The notes below the pieces were generated by a model that did not search any database, was not told the origin of the DNA, and worked only from the letters and a program-made list of their open reading frames with translations. Made by a program: the position numbers and the translations under genes. 64,000 bases of DNA, from sequence record DRR378314_109. One strand, given 5' to 3'. Shown here in pieces: positions 38,360 through 48,241 of the stretch (the stretch's first letter is position 1; each line of letters begins with the position of its first letter).

Positions 38360-39334
38360 TTAATCGATCAGGGTGAACTGATCTTTCAGCCACGGCATGG
38401 TACGATGCGTGTCAGTGATCACCTGTCGGCTAAGCTCTGTACGTAATTTATGACTGACCAGATCAATCACGGATTGTGCGCAGTCAGCATTGCTGACCAG
38501 CGACAGGGTGCGGGCAAATCCTTTGCCGGGGAAGGGCAGTACCCGAAGATCGCAGTGAAACCGCCGGGCGCGTGCGAACAATAATGGGGTGGTAATGGTC
38601 CAACCGGCCCCCGCGGCGACCATTGCCATCAAGGTCTGGTTATTCCCGCATTCGAATTTATGGGGCAGTTGCAACCCCAAGCGGCGCATCTGTGCGGCGA
38701 TCTGTCCGGCAATCAGCAAATCACTTGCGAATTGCAGGAAGGGCAGCCTGCTACGCCCTTGCACAAGGTCCGGCAGCGAAGAAGTTGTGGAAACCGGCAG
38801 AACAACCACAAAAGGATCACGCAGCAGGGGCCAGTCGATCAAATCACTTGCGGGTTTCAGTGGGGATGCGACAATGCCCAGATCCAGCTCCCTCTGGCGC
38901 AGCATTTGAAGGATCATGCTGCTGGTTGCGCTGGTGTAAAGGAACCTACAATCGGGCATGCTCTGCGAAAGATAGACTGCCAGTTCGGGCGTCACATCAC
39001 TGTCCAGATCCTCGATGGTGCCAATGTGCAAATGAGAAGCATTGGCAATGTTGCCAGCGGATGCTTCCGCCGTTGCCTTACGGATCGTTTGTAGCGCTTG
39101 AGTGATATTGAGCAGATAGGTTTGGCCCGTTGGTGTTATCACCATGGGCCGCCGGGTGTGATCAAAAAGGGCAACGCCCAGATGTTCTTCAAGATTGCGC
39201 AGATGGTGGGAGACTGTGCTGACGGCCAGTCCGGTTTCTTTTGCGGTGGCCTGCAAGGATAGCGTCCTTGCGTAGATCTGAAACAGTTCCAGCCACTTCA
39301 GGCTGAGTTCCTTGTTCAACGTTGGTGTCGCCAT
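38360..39334 (-). CDS. LysR-family regulator
   Basis: STVSHHLRNLEEHLGVALFDHTRRP HTH; MVAAGAG. Confidence 0.9.
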   Translation of the reverse strand: MATPTLNKELSLKWLELFQIYARTLSLQATAKETGLAVSTVSHHLRNLEEHLGVALFDHTRRPMVITPTGQTYLLNITQALQTIRKATAEASAGNIANASHLHIGTIEDLDSDVTPELAVYLSQSMPDCRFLYTSATSSMILQMLRQRELDLGIVASPLKPASDLIDWPLLRDPFVVVLPVSTTSSLPDLVQGRSRLPFLQFASDLLIAGQIAAQMRRLGLQLPHKFECGNNQTLMAMVAAGAGWTITTPLLFARARRFHCDLRVLPFPGKGFARTLSLVSNADCAQSVIDLVSHKLRTELSRQVITDTHRTMPWLKDQFTLID

Positions 39335-39632
39335 TGATGGATGTTCCGGTCATGAGAGGCCATCCAAATACATCCCGTAAATCATCGTAAAGCGCCAATG
39401 AATTCTTTGATTTGCACCGGGCGCAAGGGATATCCCGTCTTTGCGCTGATCATCTGTGACGAGGTTCCTATGCGCAAGAATGGTGGTGCATAAAAAGTTA
39501 TCTTTCGTTTAGGCTTGAATATCGCCGGCTCTCATTCGCGACCATCAGGAGTTAACGCATGTCAAAGCGCTTGGGCACTCAGATGAAAACCGACCGGTGG
39601 TTGACGGGCATGGATCACCCCCTTGCCACGGC

Positions 39633-40538
39633 TTATGCCTTGGTGTTCTGGCCAAACCAATCAGTGATAAACTGTGTTACGGCTTTAACCTCTGGCCTTC
39701 TTAAACGCGACAACGGCACGATCAGCGCAACAGGGATGGGGCTGATTTTCCAGTCTGGCAACAGCGTAACAATATTACCGGCGTCGATATCAGGACCAAC
39801 AACCGCTTTGGTCAATATTGCTGCGCCAAAGCCGGCCTGCACGGCAGCGACGCAAAGCTCGTAATTGTTTACGCGCATCGCCGGATCGGACACCTGGTAT
39901 GTGACCGGCCCCTTTGCATCGAGAAATTCCCAGTTTGGGTTTTCCTGTTCCCGCAGAATAATCGGTAAATTGGCAAGGCAGTTCGGGTCTTGCAGGTTCT
40001 GGTCAGGTGACAACAGGGACGGATGGGCGCAGAGGATACGCTCCATCGGGGGAAGTTTATATTTCCTGGCCCCTTCTGTGCTGACATTGCCCACCCGAAT
40101 CCGCAAATCAACAGCTTCGGCGCGCTGATTCAGGGGCTGGTCACCCCCGGTCAAATCAATGCGAATCTTCGGGAATGCCCGCTTGAGCTCGGGAAGGATC
40201 GGAAGAATGAACTTGCTCAGATACAGGTTTGATCCTGAGATATTGACGACACCTTGCGGAGAGGGGTCACTGAGTTGGAAGCCGACAGTGTTGCGGGCGT
40301 CCTGCAAGGCGTCAATCGCGTCAACACAGGCCTCAAACACCTGTTTTCCCACCGGGGTCAGGGCAATGGAGCGCGTATTCCGTTTCAACAGAATGCGATC
40401 CAGATCACCTTCCATTTCAGCAATCTTCTGGCTGACATTCGATTTGGACATCCGCAAGGCGGCTGCGGCGGCGGTCATGGATCCTTGCCGGACGGTTTCG
40501 ACAAACACCTCGGCTTGCGCATGGAATTTATTGTTCAT
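39633..40538 (-). CDS. LysR-family regulator (CrgA-like)
   Basis: GSMTAAAAAL.MSKSNVSQ...RNTRSIALT; DLRIRVG. Confidence 0.9.
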   Translation of the reverse strand: MNNKFHAQAEVFVETVRQGSMTAAAAALRMSKSNVSQKIAEMEGDLDRILLKRNTRSIALTPVGKQVFEACVDAIDALQDARNTVGFQLSDPSPQGVVNISGSNLYLSKFILPILPELKRAFPKIRIDLTGGDQPLNQRAEAVDLRIRVGNVSTEGARKYKLPPMERILCAHPSLLSPDQNLQDPNCLANLPIILREQENPNWEFLDAKGPVTYQVSDPAMRVNNYELCVAAVQAGFGAAILTKAVVGPDIDAGNIVTLLPDWKISPIPVALIVPLSRLRRPEVKAVTQFITDWFGQNTKA

Positions 40539-40642
40539 GCTTAAAGACAATGGTTCAAAGAGTTTCTCTAATCAAGAACCATAGCGACTGCTAACATGCG
40601 ACTTCGGTGGAACTAATCCGAGCAATTTAAAAGGATAACAGC

Positions 40643-40939
40643 ATGCAACAACACATCGTCGAACTGGTGAAATGGAAAGCGAAACCGGGGGTGACAGATC
40701 ATCAAATGGTGGCGGCGGTCGACGGCATCTTACCGGACCTCAAAACCCTTCCGGGGTTTATCAGTCAATCACTCTACAAAGATGATGATGGTGGTTGGGT
40801 TGATATCTACCAATGGGAAACCCGTGCAGAGGCGGAAGCATCAAACGATGCGATGGCGGACCGCCAAGCATTTGGCGTCTTGATGGCGCTTGTCGTTCCG
40901 TCCAGCATTGCAATCGAGTTCCTGACCTTGCCCGGGTGA
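40643..40939 (+). CDS. ABM/Dabb-like dimeric alpha-beta barrel protein
   Basis: AAGGA RBS; LPGF...WVD..QWET; divergent from LysR. Confidence 0.7.
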   Translation: MQQHIVELVKWKAKPGVTDHQMVAAVDGILPDLKTLPGFISQSLYKDDDGGWVDIYQWETRAEAEASNDAMADRQAFGVLMALVVPSSIAIEFLTLPG

Positions 40940-40955
40940 GACGCGAAGGGGGAGG

Positions 40956-41621
40956 TCACAGGGTGTCCGCCAGGAGCCTTATCAGTTTCGTTCCAAGATC
41001 GGGATGTTCAACTGGGGGGCCATGGCACGGCAGCAAATGCGTCGGGGGCAACTCGGCAATTTGGTTGGCGACCCAATCCCGAAACACCCTGGTATCCTTA
41101 ACGCCAAATTTGGGGAAAGTACCCAGCATGGAGGGGGTTGTGTTAACCTCCCCCTCCGGGGCGGATTTCCCACAAAAAGCATCTGTCACAACCCATGCGA
41201 CTTTACTGCCCTGTTGGACCTGTAACCAGACCTCGCCAGTTTTCAGTCCCGCTGGGGTCAACAATTTCATGTTCTTGGGCAAAACAGCCTGAAGCATATC
41301 CAAAGGTGCAAAATTCAACCCGGTCTTTTTTTGTAACCGGGGTTTTGCTATATCCGAACAAATAAGAGCCACTTGCGGCAAGAGGGTCGCATAGGGTTTC
41401 AGCCCTTTATTGTGATAATGATTGGGCGCAAAAATCAGCGAAACAAGTTGTTGGCCCGCAGGAAGTGGCGCATCCGTTTTGGCCATCTCTGCAACAGGGC
41501 TGTACAAACACATATTTCCGCCTTGCAGGGTAAACGCAATGGAATTCAGTTTGCCGCAGTTCCCAATCAGCAGCTGATCAAAGCCCTCAACATCACGAAA
41601 ACCGAGCTTTGCCACCGTCAT
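40956..41621 (-). CDS. Hypothetical protein, possible metallo-beta-lactamase-like fold (DUF4336-like)
   Basis: YSP, APNHYH, TDAF, PCHG motifs; coupled to tetR. Confidence 0.6.
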   Translation of the reverse strand: MTVAKLGFRDVEGFDQLLIGNCGKLNSIAFTLQGGNMCLYSPVAEMAKTDAPLPAGQQLVSLIFAPNHYHNKGLKPYATLLPQVALICSDIAKPRLQKKTGLNFAPLDMLQAVLPKNMKLLTPAGLKTGEVWLQVQQGSKVAWVVTDAFCGKSAPEGEVNTTPSMLGTFPKFGVKDTRVFRDWVANQIAELPPTHLLPCHGPPVEHPDLGTKLIRLLADTL

Positions 41622-42235
41622 TCTGGCACCAAACTGGATAGGGTTGCGGTCAGAACCTTGACCAAAGGGGTCCCTGCAACTTGGCTGCCTTGGGTCCGGT
41701 TTCGTGCATGGACCCCCATCACCGCCGCGATAAGGGCCTGCGCCAGCTCTGTCGCATTGAAACTAAGACCGCTACCCTGCGCATTATGCTCATTTTCCAA
41801 GGCAGTGCGAAAATGATCCTCAAGTGTGGCCCAATAGGCCTGCACTGCTGCTTCCAACCGTGGGCTTTGAATGCGGGCGTTTTCGATACCTGTATTCACC
41901 ACCAGACACCCGAATTCGCTAGATGTCATTGATCCCGGTGTGACCAAGCCGTTTAGAAAGCCGATGACCTCTTGAATACCGCCTTCCTTCATCGGGGCCA
42001 TTTCCGTGGTAATCGCCGCATCACAATAGTATTGCAATGCCTTCAGGAAAAACCCCTCTTTGCCGCCGAACTCCGATCGAATGGCAAATTGGTTAACCCC
42101 GGTCCGGCGCTCCAGCTCGCGGATGCCGAGCGCTTGAAAGCCATGCTGCCAAAATGCGTTGCATGCTTTGGTAAGTGCTTCTTCGCGGTCATAGGATTTG
42201 GGTCGGGGCATAGGCAAAGAGGGTCCGTTTGACAT
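41618..42235 (-). CDS. TetR-family regulator (NemR/ComR-like)
   Basis: MPRPKSYDRE..FWQHGF..FGGKEG; GCLVVNT; start may be 42211. Confidence 0.9.
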   Translation of the reverse strand: MSNGPSLPMPRPKSYDREEALTKACNAFWQHGFQALGIRELERRTGVNQFAIRSEFGGKEGFFLKALQYYCDAAITTEMAPMKEGGIQEVIGFLNGLVTPGSMTSSEFGCLVVNTGIENARIQSPRLEAAVQAYWATLEDHFRTALENEHNAQGSGLSFNATELAQALIAAVMGVHARNRTQGSQVAGTPLVKVLTATLSSLVPE

Positions 42236-42282
42236 TTTCTATACGGTTGCATTGAAATTATTTCAATGCAACCGTATAGAAA
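42236..42282. repeat. Perfect inverted repeat, 23-bp arms with 1-nt spacer
   Basis: tttctatacggttgcattgaaat-t-atttcaatgcaaccgtatagaaa. Confidence 0.95.
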
Positions 42283-42295
42283 TTGGACAGCAGCG

Positions 42296-42688
42296 ATGAT
42301 CGAAGCGATTTTCCCAAAGGACAAACAGGCAAATTACGAGGCTTACGGCTATTCCGCCGCCATCAGGAGCGGGGGATTCCTGTTTATCTCAGGTCAAGTT
42401 GGGGTGGATGACGCAGGAGAGGCGCTTGCTGATCCGGCCAAACAGTTTGCCCGCGCTTTTGATAATCTGGGCAAGGTTCTTGAGGCGGCTGGCCTCGACT
42501 TTAGCCGGATTGTCGACATCACATCCTTTCATGTGGACATGTATGATCATTTCGACTGCTTTGCCGCTGCGAAACAGAAAGTATTTCCCGCGCCGCCCTA
42601 TCCAAACTGGACAGCCGTTGGGGTTGTCAATCTGGCGGATCCGGCATTGTTGTTGGAAATCAAGGCAACCGCACGATTGTTCGAATAA
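42296..42688 (+). CDS. Rid-family protein lacking catalytic Arg
   Basis: YSAAIRSG, ISGQVG, PYPNWTAVGV, EIKATA. Confidence 0.85.
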   Translation: MIEAIFPKDKQANYEAYGYSAAIRSGGFLFISGQVGVDDAGEALADPAKQFARAFDNLGKVLEAAGLDFSRIVDITSFHVDMYDHFDCFAAAKQKVFPAPPYPNWTAVGVVNLADPALLLEIKATARLFE

Positions 42689-42705
42689 AGACCGTAACGG
42701 CAAAC

Positions 42706-43116
42706 CTAACGTTTTTGCGCAGCAACGGCGCGTACCGCGAATTTCATAAGCCGTTGGAATTTCGGGCATTCCATATGAGTGGTGGCCGGGCAATCCGCAA
42801 CATGCCTGACTGCATCACGCAGCCGTTTGAGCCCACGGATCTGTTCATCAAGCGCATCGGCCCGACGATGCAACTCGGGCCGGGACAACTGGGCAGAGCC
42901 GTCTTTGGCAAACATGTTCTTAATGTCATCAAGGGAAAACCCGGCCAGTTTGCCCAGAGAAATCACCGCCAGCTGGGTCAAAACGGGTGTGTCAAACTGA
43001 CGGCGCAGCCCGTGTCGCCCGACGGATTGGATCAATCCGATTTCTTCGTAATAGCGCAGAGCCGAAGGCGGTATTCCAGTCTGTTGCGAAAGTTCGCCGA
43101 TATCCAGAAGTTTCAT
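42706..43116 (-). CDS. MerR-family regulator
   Basis: LDIGEL..SALRYYEEIGLI; C-terminal HVADCPATTHMECPKF. Confidence 0.9.
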   Translation of the reverse strand: MKLLDIGELSQQTGIPPSALRYYEEIGLIQSVGRHGLRRQFDTPVLTQLAVISLGKLAGFSLDDIKNMFAKDGSAQLSRPELHRRADALDEQIRGLKRLRDAVRHVADCPATTHMECPKFQRLMKFAVRAVAAQKR

Positions 43117-43118
43117 GG

Positions 43119-43140
43119 TTGACCTCAAGTTGACTTGAAG
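43119..43140 (+). promoter_or_regulatory. MerR-type promoter with sox-box-like dyad
   Basis: TTGACC -35 overlapping cctcaagttgacttgaag. Confidence 0.75.
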
Positions 43141-43184
43141 TGGCAAGTTAAGATCGAACTGTAGAAATGACAAGAGAAACCGCC

Positions 43185-44615
43185 ATGCACACCGCTGACA
43201 CCGATACCCGAAAAACCGTTCTTATTCTAATCACCCTTGCCGGCGCGACGCTTACCGCATCTTTGGGGATCAGCGTGGCATCGGTCTTACTGCCCACTTT
43301 GACACATAGCTTTTCAACGACGGTTTCGAATGTTCAATGGGTCGTACTTGCCTATCTTATGTCGGTCACTGTTTCCATCGTTTCTGCTGGGCACCTTGGG
43401 GATCTTTATGGTGCGCGGGCGGTTCTGATTTCAGGCCTTGTGCTGTTTACCTTGGCTTCGATTTTTAGTGCCACTGCCCCGGATCTTCCTGCATTGATTT
43501 TCTGGCGGACATTGCAAGGCATCGGCGGTGCCATCATGATTGCCCTTCCGATGTCGATTGCCCGAAACTACGTCGCGGCAGATCGATTTGGCACTGCCAT
43601 GGGTCTGTTGGGCACCACCTCTGCAGCCGGTACTGCCTTGGGGCCATCACTGGGGGGTGCCTTGCTGGCCTGGGGTGATTGGCGGATCGCTTTCTGGTTG
43701 CTGGCCTGTTGCGCAGCTCTGACGCTTGTTTTGGCCTTTGTCGCAATCCCCCGCACCCAAGAGGCGGAAGGCGCATCGATCAAGAAGCTGGATCTGCCGG
43801 GAACCTTTGTTTTGATGATTGCCCTTGCGAGCTATGCCGTGGCAACAAGCGGTGGCGTGGTCGGTATTCCCGTGCCGACAGGGGTGCTAATTGCCGGTTC
43901 GCTGGCCGCAACCCTTCTCTTCGTTCTGATTGAAACCCGTGTGGCTTTTCCGCTGGTGCCCATGTCGTTGTTGCGTGACAAAAGGTCCAGCGCCGGGTTT
44001 CTAATGAACACTTTGATCAGCGCCATTATGATGTCGACCTTGGTTGTAGGGCCGTTTTTCTTGGCCTTTTCGCTGAAGCTTAGCGTTGTCCTTGTTGGTC
44101 TGGTGATGGCTGTCGGCCCCACGGTGGCCGCGTTGTCCGGGGTGCCGGCAGGGCGGTTGATCGACCGGTTTGGCCCCCAGCGCGTGATGGCCATCGGCAT
44201 TGCGCAGATCATCTTTGCCTTGCTGTGCCTCGCCTATTTGCCGCGCTATTTCGGTGTTGGCGGCTACGTTGCCGCACTTTGTATTTTGACCCCGGCTTTC
44301 CAGATGTTTCTGACCGCCAATAACACGGCGGTTCTGGCCGACGCGGCACAGGATCAGCGCGGGCGGCTTTCGGGACTGCTTGGCCTGTCGCGTAACATCG
44401 GGTTGATGAGCGGTGCATCGGCGATGTCTTCCTTGTTTGTCTTTGTGCTGGGCACGGGTGACGCCGCCCAAGCCCGCGCTGAAGATGTTGCTCATGCGTT
44501 TTCGATGACATTCGTAGCGGCGGCGGGTCTCGCGCTGGTGACCCTCATCTTGGCGATCTATAGCTTTGCTATGCGTGCAGATCAGTCTGCTGCCCCAGTC
44601 GTAGAGGGAAACTGA
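43185..44615 (+). CDS. MFS efflux transporter (DHA2, EmrB/QacA-like)
   Basis: QWVVLAY, GHLGDLYG, RTLQGIGGA, LGPSLGG, DLPG; about 14 TM. Confidence 0.9.
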   Translation: MHTADTDTRKTVLILITLAGATLTASLGISVASVLLPTLTHSFSTTVSNVQWVVLAYLMSVTVSIVSAGHLGDLYGARAVLISGLVLFTLASIFSATAPDLPALIFWRTLQGIGGAIMIALPMSIARNYVAADRFGTAMGLLGTTSAAGTALGPSLGGALLAWGDWRIAFWLLACCAALTLVLAFVAIPRTQEAEGASIKKLDLPGTFVLMIALASYAVATSGGVVGIPVPTGVLIAGSLAATLLFVLIETRVAFPLVPMSLLRDKRSSAGFLMNTLISAIMMSTLVVGPFFLAFSLKLSVVLVGLVMAVGPTVAALSGVPAGRLIDRFGPQRVMAIGIAQIIFALLCLAYLPRYFGVGGYVAALCILTPAFQMFLTANNTAVLADAAQDQRGRLSGLLGLSRNIGLMSGASAMSSLFVFVLGTGDAAQARAEDVAHAFSMTFVAAAGLALVTLILAIYSFAMRADQSAAPVVEGN

Positions 44616-44683
44616 TCATGTTTTGAAATGCGTGGTTTTGTCAGCACGTTTGGGACGTTCTAATGGCATTGCCCGGTAAAATA

Positions 44684-44714
44684 GACATAGGTATCTAAAT
44701 TAGATAACTATGTC
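44684..44714. promoter_or_regulatory. Inverted repeat upstream of aminotransferase-YheO operon
   Basis: gacataggtatctaa-a-ttagataactatgtc, 15-bp arms with 1 mismatch. Confidence 0.65.
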
Positions 44715-44749
44715 AGAACATCTGGCCCCACCCAAGAGAGACCCGTTCA

Positions 44750-45888
44750 ATGCCGCAAAGTATCTATCACCCATTCAAGGTTGAACAGTTCCTGTCCGAA
44801 ATGGAACACGGCGTGACGTACAACTTTTCTGAAAGCGGTGTGCATCCGATGTCCCTTCAGGGCTTGGTTGATCTGGCTGAGATCGACATGGACAGGCTGA
44901 TGAAAACCATGATCGATTACCCTCAGGTGAATGGGAAACAGGCCCTGCGGGATAAAATCGCCGCCTGTTATCCCGGTGCCACTGCGGATGGCGTGATGAT
45001 CACCGTGGGGGCAACCGAAGCGAATACATTGGTTGCGGCCACTTTGCTGGAACCGGGCGACAATATTGTCTGTTTCCGCCCGACATATGAACAGCTCTCC
45101 GGCAATGCCCGCAATCGCGGCAATGAGGTGCGCTGGGTGAACCTGATCGAGGCAGAAGACTGGGCCATTGACGCAACGGCGCTGGAACAGGCGGTAGATG
45201 ACAAGACCCGCATCATACATGTGGTGAACCCCAATAATCCAACAGGGCGGGTTTTGTCGGTGCAGGACCGTAGGCGAATTATCGCAGCGGCGGCGCGTGT
45301 TGCGCATGGATCGTCGCGGATGAGGTTTATGCTGGCACAGAGCGTGAGGGTGATGTTGAAACCGCGTCCTTCTGGGGCAGCTATGACCGGGTGCTGATCG
45401 TGAATTCCATGTCAAAGGCCTATGGCTTGCCTGGGTTGCGTCTAGGATGGTTGGTGGGGCCAGAGGATGTCATTGCACAAAGTTGGCGGCGGCATGAATA
45501 CGCCTCTATTGCGGCGTCGATGTTGTCAATGGAACTGGCCGATCACGCGCTGGCGGAACCTGCACGATCCAAACTGAAAGCCCGCGCGCGCAGGCTGATC
45601 CGTACCGGCTTTGATGTATTGACTGAAGAATTGGCGCGCCATCAGGGTGTTTTTGATGTTGTCCCACCACAGGCATCTGCCATGTCCTTTGTCCGTTTCA
45701 ATCTGCCTGTCACATCAGAAGAATTCTCGATGCGTCTGCTGCGTGAAAAAGATCTGTTGGTGATACCCGGTTCAAGCTTTGGCGTTGAAGGCCATTTTCG
45801 TTTCAGTTCAGCCTTGCCAGAGGGCCATCTGCGGGCCGGTTTGGCGCGGCTGAATGCATTGACCCTCGAAATTCTTGAAGGGCGTTGA
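44750..45888 (+). pseudogene. Class I/II PLP aminotransferase split by a 1-nt deletion (or sequencing error)
   Basis: NPNNPTG in first frame; AWIVADEVY and SMSKAYGLPGLRLGW in second; frames join at about 45302. Confidence 0.85.
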
Positions 45889-45891
45889 ACC

Positions 45892-46509
45892 GTGAGCACC
45901 CGCTGCACATTGCAGGCCAACGCAAGGGCATGGGCCGATGCAATCCCCTTGATCATGGGGGCACGTGTTGAGGTCGTGATACATGATCTGGCAAGCGAAA
46001 CGATTGCTTACATCGCCAACCCCTATTCACGGCGCAAACCGGGTGATCCGTCGAACATGCAGGATATCGATTTTCGCCCGACCGATACGATCATTGGCCC
46101 ATATGAAAAGGTCAATTGGGATGGGTCGATCATCCGCTCGATCAGTGTTGTGATGCGTAATGTTGACGGGGAGGCAGAGTTTGTTCTGTGCATCAACCAC
46201 GATCAGGCGGATCTGCTTACATTACAAAATGCAATAACTGGCCTGCTGCCTGCACGTCCCGCTCAGGGTCAGCCAGAGGCATTGTTTCGCAATGATTGGC
46301 ATGACAGGCTGAACATCTTTGTCAGCGATTGGTGTGCCGAAAGATCCTTGAGGATTGACGGGTTGGATCGCGACAGGCGACGTGAACTTATTGCGGCGCT
46401 GGATGCCTCCGGTGGCTTGTCGCAACCCAACGCCGCCTCTTATGTCGCGCGTGTTCTGGGGGTCAGCCGTGCGACAATCTATAATGATCGCAAAGCCAAT
46501 GCGGGATAG
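45892..46509 (+). CDS. YheO-like PAS + HTH regulator (DauR family)
   Basis: EVVIHDL..IAYIANPYSRRKPGDPS, LCIN, LGVSRATIYN. Confidence 0.88.
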   Translation: MSTRCTLQANARAWADAIPLIMGARVEVVIHDLASETIAYIANPYSRRKPGDPSNMQDIDFRPTDTIIGPYEKVNWDGSIIRSISVVMRNVDGEAEFVLCINHDQADLLTLQNAITGLLPARPAQGQPEALFRNDWHDRLNIFVSDWCAERSLRIDGLDRDRRRELIAALDASGGLSQPNAASYVARVLGVSRATIYNDRKANAG

Positions 46510-46639
46510 GCTGACTGGCACTGGTCCTTTCGATCAATGCCAAGGTGTTAAGCGAGGGCTCCCTTCAGGCAACAATTACGAGCCGAAGGGGAAATCGTCG
46601 CCGACACGCTCTGGCCCGGGATTTCAGCCCTGTCGCAGC

Positions 46640-47095
46640 TTAGTCCAGCAATCGCCCCAGCTCATCCTTGTAAGACCTCAGATTACTGAGCAATGCATCG
46701 GGATCGCCGACTTCTGGCCGGCTTGAAACCTGTGCTTCAAACTCATGTAACTTGGGCTGGGCGCGGGCGACCAATTGTTGACCCTGTTCCGTTGAAACAA
46801 CAATCCGGCTGCGCCTGTCACCCTTGTTTTCTATCCGCGAGATGTGGCCGCATTCTTCTAGCCGGGCCAAGCCATTGCTGACATGGGATTTCTTGATTCC
46901 ACTCTCTTCGCAAATGTCCTGTGCGCGGCAGGACTGCAATGAAACAACCGCCCGAAGGATGCGCCAATCCTGCCAGTTCAAACCGGTCTCTCGCAGAACT
47001 GCCTTTGAATACAGCATCATAATTTTCTGCGAGAGCGAATAAATCGCAGCAAAGATCATTTCGCCCGAGTTTAATCCGTTCGATTCATTTTCCAT
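46640..47095 (-). CDS. MarR-family regulator
   Basis: DWRIL, KSHVSNGLARLE, DRRSRIVVSTEQG; start 47095 or 47110. Confidence 0.85.
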   Translation of the reverse strand: MENESNGLNSGEMIFAAIYSLSQKIMMLYSKAVLRETGLNWQDWRILRAVVSLQSCRAQDICEESGIKKSHVSNGLARLEECGHISRIENKGDRRSRIVVSTEQGQQLVARAQPKLHEFEAQVSSRPEVGDPDALLSNLRSYKDELGRLLD

Positions 47096-47143
47096 CTCGA
47101 CCTCACCCATTTTCGCTCGCTTCCCTTGGTCGCGCATATACTT

Positions 47144-47159
47144 AGTTACATGGGTAACT
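47144..47159. promoter_or_regulatory. Palindrome, probable MarR operator
   Basis: agttac-atgg-gtaact between divergent marR and dctP. Confidence 0.55.
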
Positions 47160-47231
47160 TGACAACTTAGGGACGATACTGCACCCCTAGGTAAAGAGGC
47201 GTCAACAGTCTCTATCATCAAGGAGGAAAAT

Positions 47232-48227
47232 ATGCGCAAAATTTTACTAGGGGCCATTTGTGCCGGATCAATGGTGTTTGCCGCTGCAAGCGCGCATGCG
47301 GAAACCATTATCAGGGTGTCACTGCAATTGCCCAAAACGCATTCTCTTGGTCAGAACTGGCTGGAGTTCCAATCCTTGATAGAAGAAAAGTCCGATGGCG
47401 AACTCAAGTTGCAACTGTTTGATTCTGCGCAGCTTTTCAAAGACAAGGAAGTTCCGGAAGCGGTTGGTTCCGGCGCTATTGAAGCTGGCACCGCCTTTTT
47501 AGGGCGTTTTACGGGGGCCGTGCCTGCGGTTGATGTGGTCGCCATTCCATTTATTTTCGAGGACGAGGCGCATCTGCGCGCTGCCGTGGCATCTGGTTCA
47601 AAAATGCGCAGCGGGCTTGATGCCGAGATTTTGAAAGAAACCAATGTTAAGGTTCTGTGGTGGCAGGCCTTTGGGCGCAACATCTATCTGTCGAATGGAA
47701 ATGCCATTCGCACGCCCGAGGATATGAAAAACCAAAAGGTCCGCACCTATGGCAAGGTACATGGTTGGACTGTTGAGGCACTTGGCGGTGCGCCGACGTT
47801 GATGTCAGGGTCAAAGCAGTTTCTGGCATATCAACAGGGAGCGGTTGATGTGGGCATGACCGGCGCATCCGCTGTGAAGTCACGCAAGCTCTATGAGGTT
47901 ATGGATCACATGACCTTGTCCTACGACAGTGCAATTGAATTTGTGGCTGTAATGAACAATGATTTTTTCGAGGGTCTGTCGGCAGAGCATCAGGCGATCA
48001 TCATGGAAGCGGCAGCCGTTGTTGAGGCAAAGCTGCGGGATGCGATTTATGATCAGGAAGCCGAGGCAATTGCCGAAGTCAGTCAGAAAATGACCGCCAT
48101 CGAACTGACGGACGCGGAACGCGCTGAATGGGTCGCCGCCACCGCAGGTGTTATTGACCGCTTTGTCGCCGAAGCCGGGGATGCCGGTGTTGCAGCCGTA
48201 GAGGCCGTGCGCGCCGCCGCAAACTAA
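47232..48227 (+). CDS. dctP: TRAP substrate-binding protein
   Basis: AGGAGG RBS, signal peptide, AQLF, IPFIF, KVRT, YQQGAVD. Confidence 0.9.
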   Translation: MRKILLGAICAGSMVFAAASAHAETIIRVSLQLPKTHSLGQNWLEFQSLIEEKSDGELKLQLFDSAQLFKDKEVPEAVGSGAIEAGTAFLGRFTGAVPAVDVVAIPFIFEDEAHLRAAVASGSKMRSGLDAEILKETNVKVLWWQAFGRNIYLSNGNAIRTPEDMKNQKVRTYGKVHGWTVEALGGAPTLMSGSKQFLAYQQGAVDVGMTGASAVKSRKLYEVMDHMTLSYDSAIEFVAVMNNDFFEGLSAEHQAIIMEAAAVVEAKLRDAIYDQEAEAIAEVSQKMTAIELTDAERAEWVAATAGVIDRFVAEAGDAGVAAVEAVRAAAN

Positions 48228-48241
48228 GCAAAGCCAATCTT

